Positions 22,201 through 33,994 of a stretch of DNA of 34,595 bases are shown piece after piece. The notes under the pieces are model-generated. The model was not told where the DNA came from. It saw nothing but the letters and a program-made list of their open reading frames with translations, and made no database searches. The DNA is taken from assembly GCA_000708835.1 (NCBI GenBank), contig DF237073.1, positions 152,200 to 186,794 on the forward strand, written 5' to 3'. Position numbers and translations under genes: made by a program. This stretch comes from Klebsormidium nitens (taxonomy: Eukaryota > Plantae > Klebsormidiophyceae). Each line of letters begins with the position of its first letter. Within the stretch, counting starts at the first letter, position 1.

Positions 22201-25200
22201 GCTTGGTAGATATTGCGGGCTTGAACGGGGCGCCCCGATGCTTTGAGTCACTTGATAGCAAGTGAAACCTGGAAGCATGAACCAAAGCATTGACGAGACA
22301 GCACTCGGGGCACCACGAGCGCCTATTCACACAATAGATCCTTCTCTTGCCCCGCGCAGCAAGCTGTGCCTGGTGGACCTGGCGGGGTACGAGCGGTCGG
22401 CGCAGTCGGGGTCCACGTCGGGGCAGCTGCAGCAGGAGAGCATCTTCATCAACAAGAGCCTGTTCACACTGCGCAAAGTGATCACCTCGCTCGCGGACCC
22501 CCACTACCGCGGCATGCACGTGCCCTACCGGGACTCCAAGCTGACGTGCCTCCTCAAGCACAGGTGGGCCGCGGCGTTTGTCTCTATTTTGGACTTCGTT
22601 CCGTGCTGAATTCTAACGCTGTAAGCACTCCGGACAAGCCGCGTAGTATGCGTTTTCGTGTTTCTCGATAAATTCAAACTTTGAATTTAAAAAGCCTATC
22701 GATGATGCGTGCATTGGTCTTTCACTTCGCCCCCAATCAAGTTCCCGGCATCGGCTAAAATTCAGAAACACAATCCTTCACTCAAAACTGAAGGTCTATC
22801 CGAAATTGTTACACGCCTTTTCTTTGCCCGATCGGAGACTATCTGTAGATTTCGAGCGGCATCTCCTTCTGCGCACTGGGGCCACTCCTCCATCACAACG
22901 CGTCGTCTTTATTAGACGAATACTGAAACGTGATGAACTTCTTCCCAGCCTGGGCGGCAACTCGCTGACGCTGATGATCGCGTGCCTGGCCCCGAGCGAC
23001 GCGTACTGGGAGGACAACCTGAGCACGCTCGAGTACGCGAGCAAGACGAAGCAGATCAGCAACCAGGTGGCCGTCAACGAGGACCCCAAAAACCGCCTCA
23101 TCCGACTGCTGCGCGAGCGAGTCCTGTTCCTGGAGCACCAACTGGCGGAGCTCACCGTCAGCCCAGTGTTCTCGCAGGTAATTGAAGAGAACCCAGTTTT
23201 CATCTTTTAGGCATCTGTTGGCTTAATTCCAATGAGGCTTAGAAGCCTCGATATAGCCTCGTGGATTAGTGTTGCTTGGAAGCAGCAAGACCGGAGGAGA
23301 AAGCAAGGGCTCAAAGAAACCGGACTTTTGTATGCTCTGCCTGATTGGCAGAACGGAAAGGTGTTTCAGGAAGGCGATTGAAGGCAGCAGTTGAGTCGCT
23401 GCTATGACGCAAAACTTGCATGACGTCTTCAGACAAGGTAAGAAGATATATAGCAAAATCAAGTACCTTCTCTAGATGATTGCAAAGTTCGAAGAAACGT
23501 TCTTTTAACCTTATGTCACTCCATCGGAGCACTCTACTTTGGATGATAATAGCTTGAGACTCAGTAGAAAGCAAGCTTGGACGAGAACATCGTCAAAAGT
23601 AGAGGGGACACGAGTGCTCATCCAAGATTCAACATCCTCGCAGGGCGGGGAATGGGCGGGAACGCCCACGTGGCAGCCCCACGCGGCCGCGCAGGACAGC
23701 GCCGTGCTAACGACCTTCTCCGTCACCGCGCGAACGCCGGCGCCCGCTGCGGACGCGGCCGCGCCGTCGGAGCCGCGGCCAGAGCGCGTGGTGGAGCAGG
23801 TGCGGTACGAAATAAGGAGCGAGAGCGTCGATGAACTGGAGATTGGGAAGCGGCTGGTTGCTAGCGTGGACTACATCAAGGTGAGACATCTGCAACCCGA
23901 TCTTTCTTCTTTCAACTTCTTAGAAGCACCCTGAGGTACCAGTAGTGTCTTGTATGTGACCATAACGTCAAAGCACACCTTAAGGTCGACGGTGACAGTA
24001 GAACATGAAATGTTCTTATCTTGTTTGGAAGCTCATGTTTCGTCCGTCCTTCACGCCCGTCAGCTTGATCAAAGAGCCGACGCGCCCGCCCCTGCCTTGT
24101 CGATCGTGCGGCACTACTCTCAGCTTAAGTCTGAACGTGACTGGCAGCGGATGCGATCTTCGGCGCCTGGAGGATTAGAAGTTTTCCCGCGACTCTCTTG
24201 CAGAAAGTGCTCGCGAGCAACGAGGAGCTGCGCGCGGCTGTGGGCAAGGAGCACGCGAGCAACGAGTCCCTCCAGGCGCAGAACACGGTCCTCATGGAGG
24301 AGAACCAGGTGATACTCTGGATCATATCAGCAATTTATATCAGCGGGCCAAGACACGACCAAATGTTTGCAAAGGAGGTTACAGGGCGCTCACAAAATAT
24401 TAAGGATGTTTTTCATTTTTCCTTTACAACTTCGTGCTCATGCGAGACGCCCTTGTCTGCAATCGCCGATTCTCCAAGTCACCCAACGATGCAGCGCTTC
24501 TTTTAGAGGGCTATGTTAGCTGAAGCCCCTGATTTCTGTTCATTCCCTGTTTGCAGGATCTGCGCGAGCGCTTGGGCGTGCTGGAGTCCGTTGTAGTGAT
24601 GGAGGAAGAGGAGCGGAATGCCGTAGCGTCCATCTCAGCGGAAACGGACGCCGGAACGGAACGGACCGCGGCGGCCGTCCGGCCGGGCACGGAGCACGTG
24701 CTCACCGCAGGAAGCGCGGCGCTCCTCGAGCTGATCGAACTGCGGAAAGAAAACAAGGTGGGCTGCTGGAGAGAAACGTTTCTGCCAAACTTAGAAATAT
24801 GGAGGCCTTTGCGAGACTTCTCCAGAGGCCGAGCACTTTCACTGGCTGATGCCGCTGATCAGAACGGGTTCAGTGGGCGCTGAAGAAAGAAGCGTCGATT
24901 GGTCTGCTTCAACGATTACCAGGGTTGAAGCTTGACATACAGTCATGTGACGCCATTTTGCCGGATGTTTATTATACCTAAGTTTCTTTACTTTTAGAAG
25001 GAGGGTCCTCTCTCCTACGGACCGCAGTAAGGTTACCTTTCGTTCATTCGTCGCTTAGGTCATCTCAATTGCAGACAACTCTGTTCTGAACAGCGGCGCC
25101 GAGACGGTGCAAAAACCTCAGATCCCAAACCTCAACTCGCTGCATTCCAGAAACCTGTGTGCTGCGTTTCAATCAATGCGAATTTCAGCATCGCACTTCT

Positions 25201-26616
25201 GTGCTTCAGGAGCTTCGAGAGATGCTCCGCCGGTGGGAGACGGGGACCCAGTTCCGCGGCAACACGCGCGCGCGCTCGCGCTCCCCGACCAAGTCCGCGA
25301 GCGGCGCGGCCGCGCAGAGGGCGTTCAAGAGCCACACGCACACGTCAGAGCACCGCGACAATAGTCACTTGTTTCGGCGGGTTACGGACAACATTGGCGC
25401 CGGAAGTCCGTACAGTCCGAAGCACGCGCGCGCGGTGAAGAGCGCGGGGGTCGGGAAGAAGGGCAACGGGCGGGAGGCGAAGGCGAGTGACGGGCTGCTG
25501 ACGTTGGAGGAGCTGCGAGGGGTGCTTTCTGGGGGAGGAGATGACGTCAGCGTGGCGTCGCAAAGCGGACGGCACGGGAGTCCGCTCCGAGTGAGGTGCG
25601 TTTTATCACCGCGGATCCGAACGATGTGGCATGGTTTATAGATGACATGCTGATCCGCAAAAGCTCTTTGGATGGCTATGATTTTTCCTTTGTCCAACTG
25701 GAGCGCAAACGTTTCTGCCGACCTACTAAAAATTGCTCTTCGATCGGCTTTGAGAAGAACTCAAAAGTGGGAGTACTTTGATGGAGATAGCATGCTTTTG
25801 AAACTCAACCACCGCAGATTCTGGGCACAATGGTTTTGAATAACTGATAAAGTATTCCTTCTTGCGAGTCTTCAAGGGTTGGTTACTCACTCGATATGTG
25901 CGGGCTTCATACTTTTCTTTGAAGCAAAGGCTTAGTCACCGGCGGAATTGTTTCTGCTCCAAACTTTGCAGCACGACTGGCAGGCTGCTGGATGACGTCG
26001 CGTCGACATCACCGGCCGCGAACGGCCGCGCCAGGAGTCCTTCCAAGAGCGGCACCGCCCCGTCGTCCACGTGGGCCACGGAAGGGCTAACGTCATCATG
26101 GCGAGGTGAGGTCCTGCATAACAGGGCATGATAAAGCGGGATGGCTTTGAAGGGAATCCTGGACGACATTCGGCGCCACCACTCGATCTACGAAAGGACT
26201 CTTCTTCCAGGCCTCAAAAATCCGCTGAACGCATCCGCATAAGTACGTGCAGGAACTATCATTGATATGACTGTCACGACACAGCTCAAGCAACAGCAGC
26301 AATGCTGACTCGTTCGAGTCTCAGTTGGAAGGCACTCTCCGTCGTGTAATCTGACTCTGATCCAGCTTTACGTCCTGAGCTTCATCCTTTTTGACGTGTT
26401 GCAGACGAGCGGCGGAATCATACTGCCAGCGGGCGGAACGGCTTAGACGGCGGCCCGGATTCGCGCAGCGCCACCGCGGGGAGCGTGCCCGGTAGCCTCC
26501 CGTCGATAGGGCCGGTAGATACATCCTCCGCACTAGCTCAGCTCAGCGAGTTGATACGGACACGGAACGAATTGACAAAAAATCATACGCGGTTGCCAGC
26601 CTATCAACAACACTGA
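19276..26616 (+). CDS. Kinesin with N-terminal motor and coiled-coil tail, ~934 aa, KIF12/kinesin-16-like; exons 19276-19679, 19995-20158, 20462-20670, 21141-21353, 21866-21972, 22360-22563, 22949-23177, 23644-23880, 24204-24308, 24557-24757, 25210-25595, 25972-26105, 26405-26616
   Basis: Motor motifs: VRVVVRCRPL, P-loop FCYGQTGS|GKTHTM, QIYKEQ|VYDLL, switch I NMASSRSH, switch II LVDLAGYER, INKSL, HVPYRDSKLTCLLK, SLGGNSLTLMIACLAP...NLSTLEYASKTKQI. All introns are GT-AG with consistent phases; total 2805 nt = 935 codons. LKVRWNRRREFYLENV resembles KIF12 LPVRWNKTRGFYVEQL (recall), so the subfamily call is tentative. Tail exons are less certain than motor exons. Confidence 0.88.
21300..21670 (+). 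repeat. Degenerate ~150-bp tandem copies of the kinesin exon 4 3' end within intron 4
   Basis: CTTCGGGGTCAACAA occurs in the exon (~21335) and again at ~21478. GACGAGGCG(A/C)TCGA occurs at 21312 and 21611. Confidence 0.7.
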
Positions 26617-27253
26617 AGCCTTTTAGTTCGCTACAGTGGTTTGAGTCGGGTCTAATAGACTTTGCTCGGTTACCCGTCTACATCCGGGATGATGCTTTAT
26701 GGGTCTCTTCCAAGCATTTGAGCCTTGAGACCCATGTTGATGAATGTAGCTCGAGAAGCTCCGAAATAGACGAACATATTCTGCTGCCGATCATGCATCA
26801 GCATAACGGGTTCGATTAAATGTAACTCACTTGCACACTTTGACCATAATGATCCGTGACGTTCCATAGCGATTCGCATCCGCATAATTACATGCACCTG
26901 TATTGCAACTGACTCAGGTGCCATGATTCTCAAGGTCAGCATACTTGAGTGCACTCATAGTACTTCGTTGAAACGAATAGTACTATCGTGCCACAAAAGC
27001 TGCATTAGACCGCTGCGGTCGCTCAATTTGAATGCTGCCCTACCGCATCGATTCAGGTCCGGAACGAATGCTTAAAATCCGCTCTCCCTTACCTACTTGA
27101 TCCTTTATTGTCTACCAATCTTGCCACTAGGCTTTCCACGTTTGGTCACTTTCACGGTCATTGAAGTAACTTACGACGCTCATTGTCACTCGAAGAACCA
27201 GGATACGGCGCTTGAAATAAGATCCGCCTCCTTCGACGCGCCCGTTACGTAGA

Positions 27254-27996
27254 CTATTTGTCAGGCTCTCGTCTTTCTTTTGCGCTGTACTTACTTCTCT
27301 TTCTCGGCTCTTCGTGCTCTTGGATGTGTTTGTCCGTTGCTGCAGGAGGAACAGAAAAGGGACGCTTCTTTACCTTGCGGCTTTCAGAATGGATCAGAGT
27401 TTCCGGTCAAAAGCTCCGTTCTTTCCGGGGGGAAACAAATGAGGACAGGAAATGGTACGCAGGGCATGGAAGCCTTGCTTTTCAGGTCAAGAGCAGGAGA
27501 GCGCTGCAAAAGGAAGGGTTGAAGAGACTAGAAGTCTGAGTTGCAGGATGCAGCTTTGACGGTCGGCCCGCGGCGCTCTTCTTGCGTATGCAACCTACGA
27601 GATTCTCGGGCTCACTATCTTGGAATAAGAGTCAGTTTGGAAGCGTCACTCACGGAACAGCAGCCTGTCTCCCGCCCCGCCCACTATGTTACTCGCGGCC
27701 GCGCTACTGTCTTGTTCCCCGGGGTTGTCCGACAGCCCGGGGAGGAACCGGGCCCTTTCCCCGGGCGCCTCGCCGGGATCCTCCCTGAACACTTTCTCGG
27801 TCGCCGGAACCGGGGGGTGCCGGGTCGGGAGATTGGACCCCCCCGCAGCGAGAGCGGCGCTCTGGTCCGAGAAGGACCGGGCGATCGCTGTGAAGATCGG
27901 GGAGGCGTAGTAGCGCTCGGGGCCGCGCTCCGGGGGGTGGGGGTCGACGACCTCCGACAGGGGGTCGCAGCGGAAGTTGCTCTGCTTGTTGCCCAT
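27254..27996 (-). CDS. Small unknown protein with N-myristoylation-type start (MGNKQS), ~142 aa; exons 27996-27654 and 27339-27254 (alternative acceptor at 27504 gives ...LFPLSCS*, stop at 27487)
   Basis: Strong GC3 codon bias in this frame (ATG GGC AAC AAG CAG AGC AAC TTC CGC TGC GAC CCC CTG...). An acceptor TTCTTCGCAG|GT lies directly before the ATG and a donor TTCC|GTGAGT at 27653. The purine-rich last exon reads PTDKHIQEHEEPRKRSKYSAKERREPDK* in matching phase 1. No family recognised. Confidence 0.6.
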
Positions 27997-30048
27997 ACCT
28001 GCGAAGAATGGCAACACTTGGTCACAAAAGGGTTTAATGCGCACGGAGGAATCTCTCCAAACACCAAAGGAAAGGGCACGGAAACTGACGAGCGGAAAGT
28101 GGGTCGTGCGCGTGGATGGCTCAACGAACGGAGAGATCATTGCCATGGATCTCACCGGTTGCAGATGCGAGCTACAAGCACCGAGTTACAGATGCAACCT
28201 GCAAAGATTCGCCATGGCACTTTGGCTCCTGACGACAAACCTCGCATTATGATCCCTCCTGTTATATATGTGCGACGTTTCAAGCAACGGCCAGGTTCTC
28301 TACAAGCGTCGCTGTCGGTTCTTTCAAAGCATCCAGAGATTCTCTGACGTCCTGGGCGAAGACCGCCGTCCTCTCAAAAGCTCTTTTCTTGAATCATTAC
28401 GTGAGCACCGGCGTCGATTCTGAGAAATACGAAGCCCGAGTCTCAAAAAGTTTCTTAAGCGTTACAATTTGGATGTAAGACGTTGCTGGTGAGAAAGGAA
28501 GTGCAAGAATGAGAGCAATGAACCGACAAACAAGGATGCATGTTCTGACCTGCCGCCAAATGCAGGAGTCCGACGACCGCGCTTTGAAGTTAAAAAACAC
28601 AGTACCCGTGCTTAATCATGTAGGGGGACTCTCCTTGAGGGATCCCCGTAAAAGCAAATGCTCCTTTGGGGCAGTTGCAAGGCGCTTCCGCTGCTCTTAC
28701 GTTGCACAGTCTTGCGCGCCGTAATCGCGATTGGAGTCTTGCAAGGCTGATCTGCTTTGCCCTCTTCTTTGCGCGCTTTGTGCAGTAGCAAAAACCTCAA
28801 GGCTTCCGTCGACAAAAAGCAAGTGCATTCCGCATGCGGCTCTTTCGTGCATGCTGGCAATCCTGCATTGCTTGAGAGGATTTTCAACTACGAAGATGTA
28901 TTCATCATGCCTTCAAGTGTGGCGAGCTATCGGCGAGAGAAAATGCGCTTCCACAGCCGCTTGTTAAAGGCTGCTTAAAAGCAGTTCGGACGGCCTCCTG
29001 TCGCCTACGCGGTGCACTTTACGTTTGATGATGCGTTGTGCTTCGATTGCATGGAGCGACAGTATCTACACTTCGATGATGCTTGGACCAGCCGCGCACA
29101 CTTGACACCATTTCTGTAGGGGAGCAGGTTCTCAGGTCACCTGCACTGAGCTGTTGCTTCCGGGGCGATGTATAGCCAGATACAAGCGCCCAATTAATTC
29201 GTGCCTTGTAGGAAAGGCTGGAGTAGGTGTGGCTAAATCTGTTGATCGATGAGTCGAGTAGATATGTGACATTTGATGCAGCTTGGCTCTGGATGAGTAT
29301 CACATGTACGAAGAACTACAAGGGCCCTGCATCCGCAATTGCATAACGTGTGGCTTACAAGCATCGTGATCAAACGAATTGGACAAAATTCACTGAGTCC
29401 CTCCATGAACGCGTGGCCGATGCCTTTGGAGGCGCAAGCATGTGTGCAGGAGCTTTGCCAGACAGCGCGACCATCTTAATAAACTTTGCCTCTGCTGCAC
29501 ATTGCATGTGTAAGTGACTAAGGTTGACTCGGAGGAAAGCAAAAGTATGCATGATCCTACATGCCTCTTGACCGCATTCAATGCCGTACCGGCGTGATTA
29601 AGGCTGTAAAACTTGGATTTCGACGGGCTCATGCAGAGGCGCGATTCCTCGTGGATGGCAGCTATTGAGATCGAAGCCATCATCACAAGCACGTGGCGAA
29701 TTATTTTCTATATGCAGACCTAAGTTGGAAACTCATCGTTGTACTTCGGCTCGCAGGCTCGTGCGATCCCGTAAGCTTTAAATGAGGAACTTCCGGGCCG
29801 CCACTGGTGTCGTCCGAGAGTAGAGAATTCCTTAATCAAGGTCTGGCCCGTCCGCTTCAAAGGTTGAGTCGAAACAGTTCTTGTTCGCCACGTATGTACA
29901 GGTATTCTATGTCACAAAGCACTAAGAGGTTTATAAAGGCTTCAACTAAACTCTCGGTTGTCATATGTTACACATACCTTATCCCTCTCGATATTGCTCA
30001 TGTATTGGTGCTCCGCTTCCTCCTGAAACAGCCACGTCACTAACAACG

Positions 30049-32303
30049 TCAATGCTCGGAGGCTTCTTTTGCAAGCGCAAGCACCGCGTCTCGCAACCTC
30101 TCATAGTTTTGCCGATCGTTATACACATGGTGCGAGACCCGCGCGTAGCTCCGCCCGACCCACACCTCCGTGCTCTCCGTCAGCCCCGCCGCGACCTCCC
30201 GAGCGCGCTTGCGCTTCTCCTCGGGCAGATAATACAGCGGCACCTCCACCTGCCACTCGTCCCGGAGCCGCGTCCGCAGCCGGAGCGAGTCTTCGAACGA
30301 ATTCACGCCGAACGCGTCCGGCAGTCCGACCATCACCATCGAACACTGCATTTCCGGGGGGGCGCCGAGCCCCGTGCCCCACGCGCCCGCGAGCATCCGT
30401 CCCATCTCAAGCGCTGCTTTCGTGTTGCTGTCGATCATCATATCCACCCCCCCGAGTACGGTGTGAATAAACTCGACTGCGGATGGGACGCACAGCTGCG
30501 CGCTGTAGTCCCGGGTACCCACCCAGGCGGATTCTAGAAACAGCCCCCGGTTCAGGTTGTGAGAGGTGACCGGGTGGTGCAACCGGGGCGAGTGCTCCTT
30601 CTTGGCGTGGAAGAACGCCACGGGCGGGGGGCACAGCAGCCACTTGTGCAGGTTGCTGACGTAAAAGTCGGCGCCGATTTCGGCCATGTCCAGACGAACG
30701 TTCCCGATCCCGTGCGCGCCGTCGACGAAGACCGGGATCTCGTACCCGTGGAGCACTTCCACGAGTTCTTTCAACGGCAGTACGACCATCGGGAGCGAGG
30801 AGATGTGGTCGACGGCCGCGAAGCAGATTCGGACAGGGGGATCCCGCTTTCGGACGGCTTCGACCGTCTTCCTATACGCGTCCAAGATCTGCTCGAGGGA
30901 GTGCACCGGGAACGGCATGTCGACGAACACGAGCTCGCCCCCCGCGCCCACGACGTACCGCTCGAGAAGCTTCTTCACGGCGTTGTACCCGGTGTCTGCC
31001 ATCAGCACGACGTCACCCCGGCGGAACCTACCGGTCACAAAGCCGAACAACACGTCCTGGGCCACGATGACTGCCCCGGTTGTCGCATTGTCCACCAGGC
31101 AAATTTCAGACGGGTCGGCATTAACTAGGGAGGCGACAGTTTGGACGGATCGCCGCAGATCGGCCTCCATGTTGCCGGGTAGGGGGGAAGGATCGTCAGA
31201 AGGAGCGAGGCCCTCTCCTCGGTGAAGGTACTCGTCCGGTTGGTGGAACCACCGGGCACGGAACTCGTTCTGGGAGTTGATGACGCTCGTCGGGGAGGCG
31301 CCATAGGAGCCGTGGTTCAGCCTGGAGAAGATTACCAGGTGTTGTAAGAGAATGCTCAGGCTTCAATGCCGCCGTGGCAATCGTGAGCTGGATTGATTGA
31401 ACTTAAGTGCACGGTGAATCAAGCCGTTCGGGGAGGGGGTTTGCAGGGGCAATTGCTTTGCAGAGTCATAGAAAGCGGATAAGTTTCTCAATTGTCCCAG
31501 GATAAGAGGAGTCTCTACTGTTGGTTGTCACATGTGCAAGCGCTTGTAAAAAGGCAAGTGTTAGAGGCTGAGCACGAGGATCTTCATGCGCTCTGCTTTC
31601 AAGAGGTTTGCAGAAGATTGCCATTCTGAAACTGGGAAAGCACTCTTCTAACTGACAAGCTTTTGAAAAACTACAAGAGGACACACTCATTGACCAGGAG
31701 AGAATCACAAAGAATATCACAGGGCCTACTGCCTATTGGCGGGATTACGTGTCTTGGCCGAAGTCGAAGCCGAAGCCGAAGCCTTAACATTGTCATGTGT
31801 CTTGTTGAATACATACTCGTTCTTCAGTATCCCTCTGCCTTGGCCGGTGCCCTTGAGCTTTCCACCAATACCCAATTTGATCAGACAGGGTGAAAGAGTG
31901 AAAGGTCAGTCAATCTGACCCCATGAATAGTTTCGTCTGAGCAAAGCAAGCCACTACTAACCAAAATGTGGCGGGGTCATGTGCTTAGTGCACCAGTCTC
32001 CCTGACAGATTCACAGATACCCAGCAGTCTTCACCAGACTTTCCCTCGGGGATTCAAGACTCAAGAGTTGGGCCCTGTCAGCTCCTTCGCCTGTGCACAA
32101 CTCGCTGATCATCCTTACGCATCTGAAAAAAACTCTCGTTTACAACGGCAGTAGCCATACCTGGCGTAAGGAGGAGGCGGGTGATGAGGAAAGTGCTCCT
32201 CACGAATGGTCCGCTCCACAGTTCTCAGCGTCAGGACGGCTTCCTCTGTGGTCTCCACACCTGTTGCTTGCGTGGCCACGGTTTGAGGTGGAAGACTCCC
32301 CAT
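30049..32303 (-). CDS. LCD: L-cysteine desulfhydrase (aminotransferase class V, isopenicillin-N-epimerase-like, PLP-dependent), ~471 aa; exons 32303-32161 and 31321-30049
   Basis: Splicing gives EEHFPHHPPPPYA|RLNHGSYGASPTSV...QPDEY, like plant LCD EFAHH...ARINNGSFG. Further motifs: LVDNATTG, VDHISS, VDGAHGIG, the PLP lysine in DFYVSNLHKWLLCPP, WVGTRDYSAQL and RVSHHVYN. Donor GCCAG|GTATGG and acceptor CTCCAG| are phase 2; total 1416 nt = 472 codons. Confidence 0.9.
31757..31783 (+). repeat. Hexanucleotide microsatellite (GCCGAA)~4.5 in the LCD intron
   Basis: GCCGAA GTCGAA GCCGAA GCCGAA GCC is seen directly. Confidence 0.7.
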
Positions 32304-33994
32304 CCCTCGTTGCTGCAGCACAGCACAGGAGGACTTGAGAGTTCCATTGTAGTTTAGATCCTTCAAAATTTTAACAAGAAGGGACATGTACCAGTGACAA
32401 TGACATCGTCGAAGATGCAATCTCGATCGTTCTGGCCTAAATCATGGGGCTTCTGCACAAAGTGCTGTGCAGAGGAACACAACTCAGGATCCACGCAACT
32501 GCCGGGCTGATTCTGGTTCATATCGACAGTTCAACTGAGACTTCTTGCCGAAAGCCAGTCATAGAGAGTGAGCTCAGCGTCGAGCGCTAGGAGCGCTTTC
32601 AAAGAGCCGAAAGACCACTTCGGCAACGTTGAAAGCGGCCATGAATGAGTCCCACTTCGTGGGCGGGTTGGACCTTGAACGAACCCAAGCTACGTATCCA
32701 CTCACTGGCAAGCGGCTATTGAGAAAGGACTTTTTTGGCCCTCAGCTTTTCACAGTTGCTGCCCAGCCAGTCGCGACGAGCTCAGATCTGCACCCAGTCT
32801 TTTTGAGCCAGCTTCAGTCTAGGAAAAGCCCAATCATGTCCGAGTGTTCAGATACTGCAAGATCAAGACTGGAACTGAACCAGTGCACACAATGAGCCTT
32901 TGAAGAAGGCTAGTTTAAGTCACAATATTCTTTCAAATTACTGCGCTACTTCTCACAACAACCCGCCTGTGGACACTTTCTTCTTCTGGGATCCAATCCT
33001 CATCAATTTGTGCTCATGAAGGATAAGATCACAGTAAAGTAAAGCAGCTGTTGCACGTTATCTCTGGTGAGAAGCTGTCGCCCTTTTCCTAGGAGTACAT
33101 GGTGGAAGAGCCTCAAGCTAGTGATATGACGGTCTCAAGAGCCTGAGTCGCAGGTTTTCACATGAGGACGTTGGGGAAAGAAAATAAAACCAGATTTCAG
33201 TAGGAACATGACGTCGCCAAGCAAGACACCAGCAGAGAAAACCTTGTACAAACATATCTGATTGATTGATTGCACCACTGCTTTGAGTTGAAAGATAGCT
33301 GGTTCTTTGAATGATCATGGTGATAAGGCACCAGCACTTTATGCCCCCCCACGATTTTTAGTAAACAACATTGGTTGCTGTGCCCTCCTTGAATCCTCGA
33401 CATACACAAGAAGAACGATGGCACCACTTGATTGCCGACTTGAGCTTCTGGCACAGGTGCTTTTCAAAAAGGTCTGATTGGACTTGAAAGTGGCTCATTG
33501 AAATGGAGCTTTAAGACAATAACTTGTAAGTCAACTGGAAATGGGAGGCACTTCTCAAGGTGGCCAATCTAGGCATCGGCCCATCAGCAACAATATCTAG
33601 GCTCACCTTCCAAATCGCTGCGGCGAACAAGCTGCGATTGTTTATTTCTCGAATCGATCAGTGTGCACCACTTTCAACTTTGTATCACTTTCTGTGCATT
33701 TCGTTCCACCAATTTCATCAATTCTTCATGTCTCGAGTTCCAGAGTTCTTCGCCGAACATGCTGGCATTTTGCTTTGCATCCTGTTCACGAACTCAATCT
33801 GTGCTTATGCAGAGGATGGAGAGCCAGCGAAGAGGTGGGGCGAAAGCCATTCATTGGCATTGACGTTGGCACCTGCTGTGACCTATTTAAAATATACAGA
33901 GTTCAAGTTGGTCACGTACCTGCACTTTGCCACCTGTCAGTTTCACAGGGCTCAGCTTTCGATGATTGGCGCCATGCCAGGGGCAGGGCCTGCC

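Noticed and set aside
26699-26735. Hairpin ATGGGTCTC...GAGACCCAT in the kinesin 3' region
   Set aside because: A single 9-bp stem is within chance expectation and is not a plant poly(A) or terminator signal.
27541-28347. 268-aa plus-strand ORF
   Set aside because: It is antisense to the GC3-biased MGNKQS frame and has no codon bias or splice support of its own.
28350-30040. Short ORFs and possible ncRNA between the small gene and LCD
   Set aside because: No codon bias, consistent splice chain or recognisable RNA motifs; most likely UTR and promoter sequence.
30049-31321. Possible recent bacterial transfer of the epimerase-like gene (long uninterrupted exon)
   Set aside because: It has a spliceosomal intron and plant LCD-like N-terminal motifs, and its codon style matches neighbouring genes.
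33845-33880. KPFIGIDVGT peptide resembling an RNase H/RuvC or sugar-kinase first motif (Fanzor/TnpB or transposase remnant)
   Set aside because: Only a short motif; no further catalytic motifs or zinc finger in any frame, and the ORF ends within ~65 codons.
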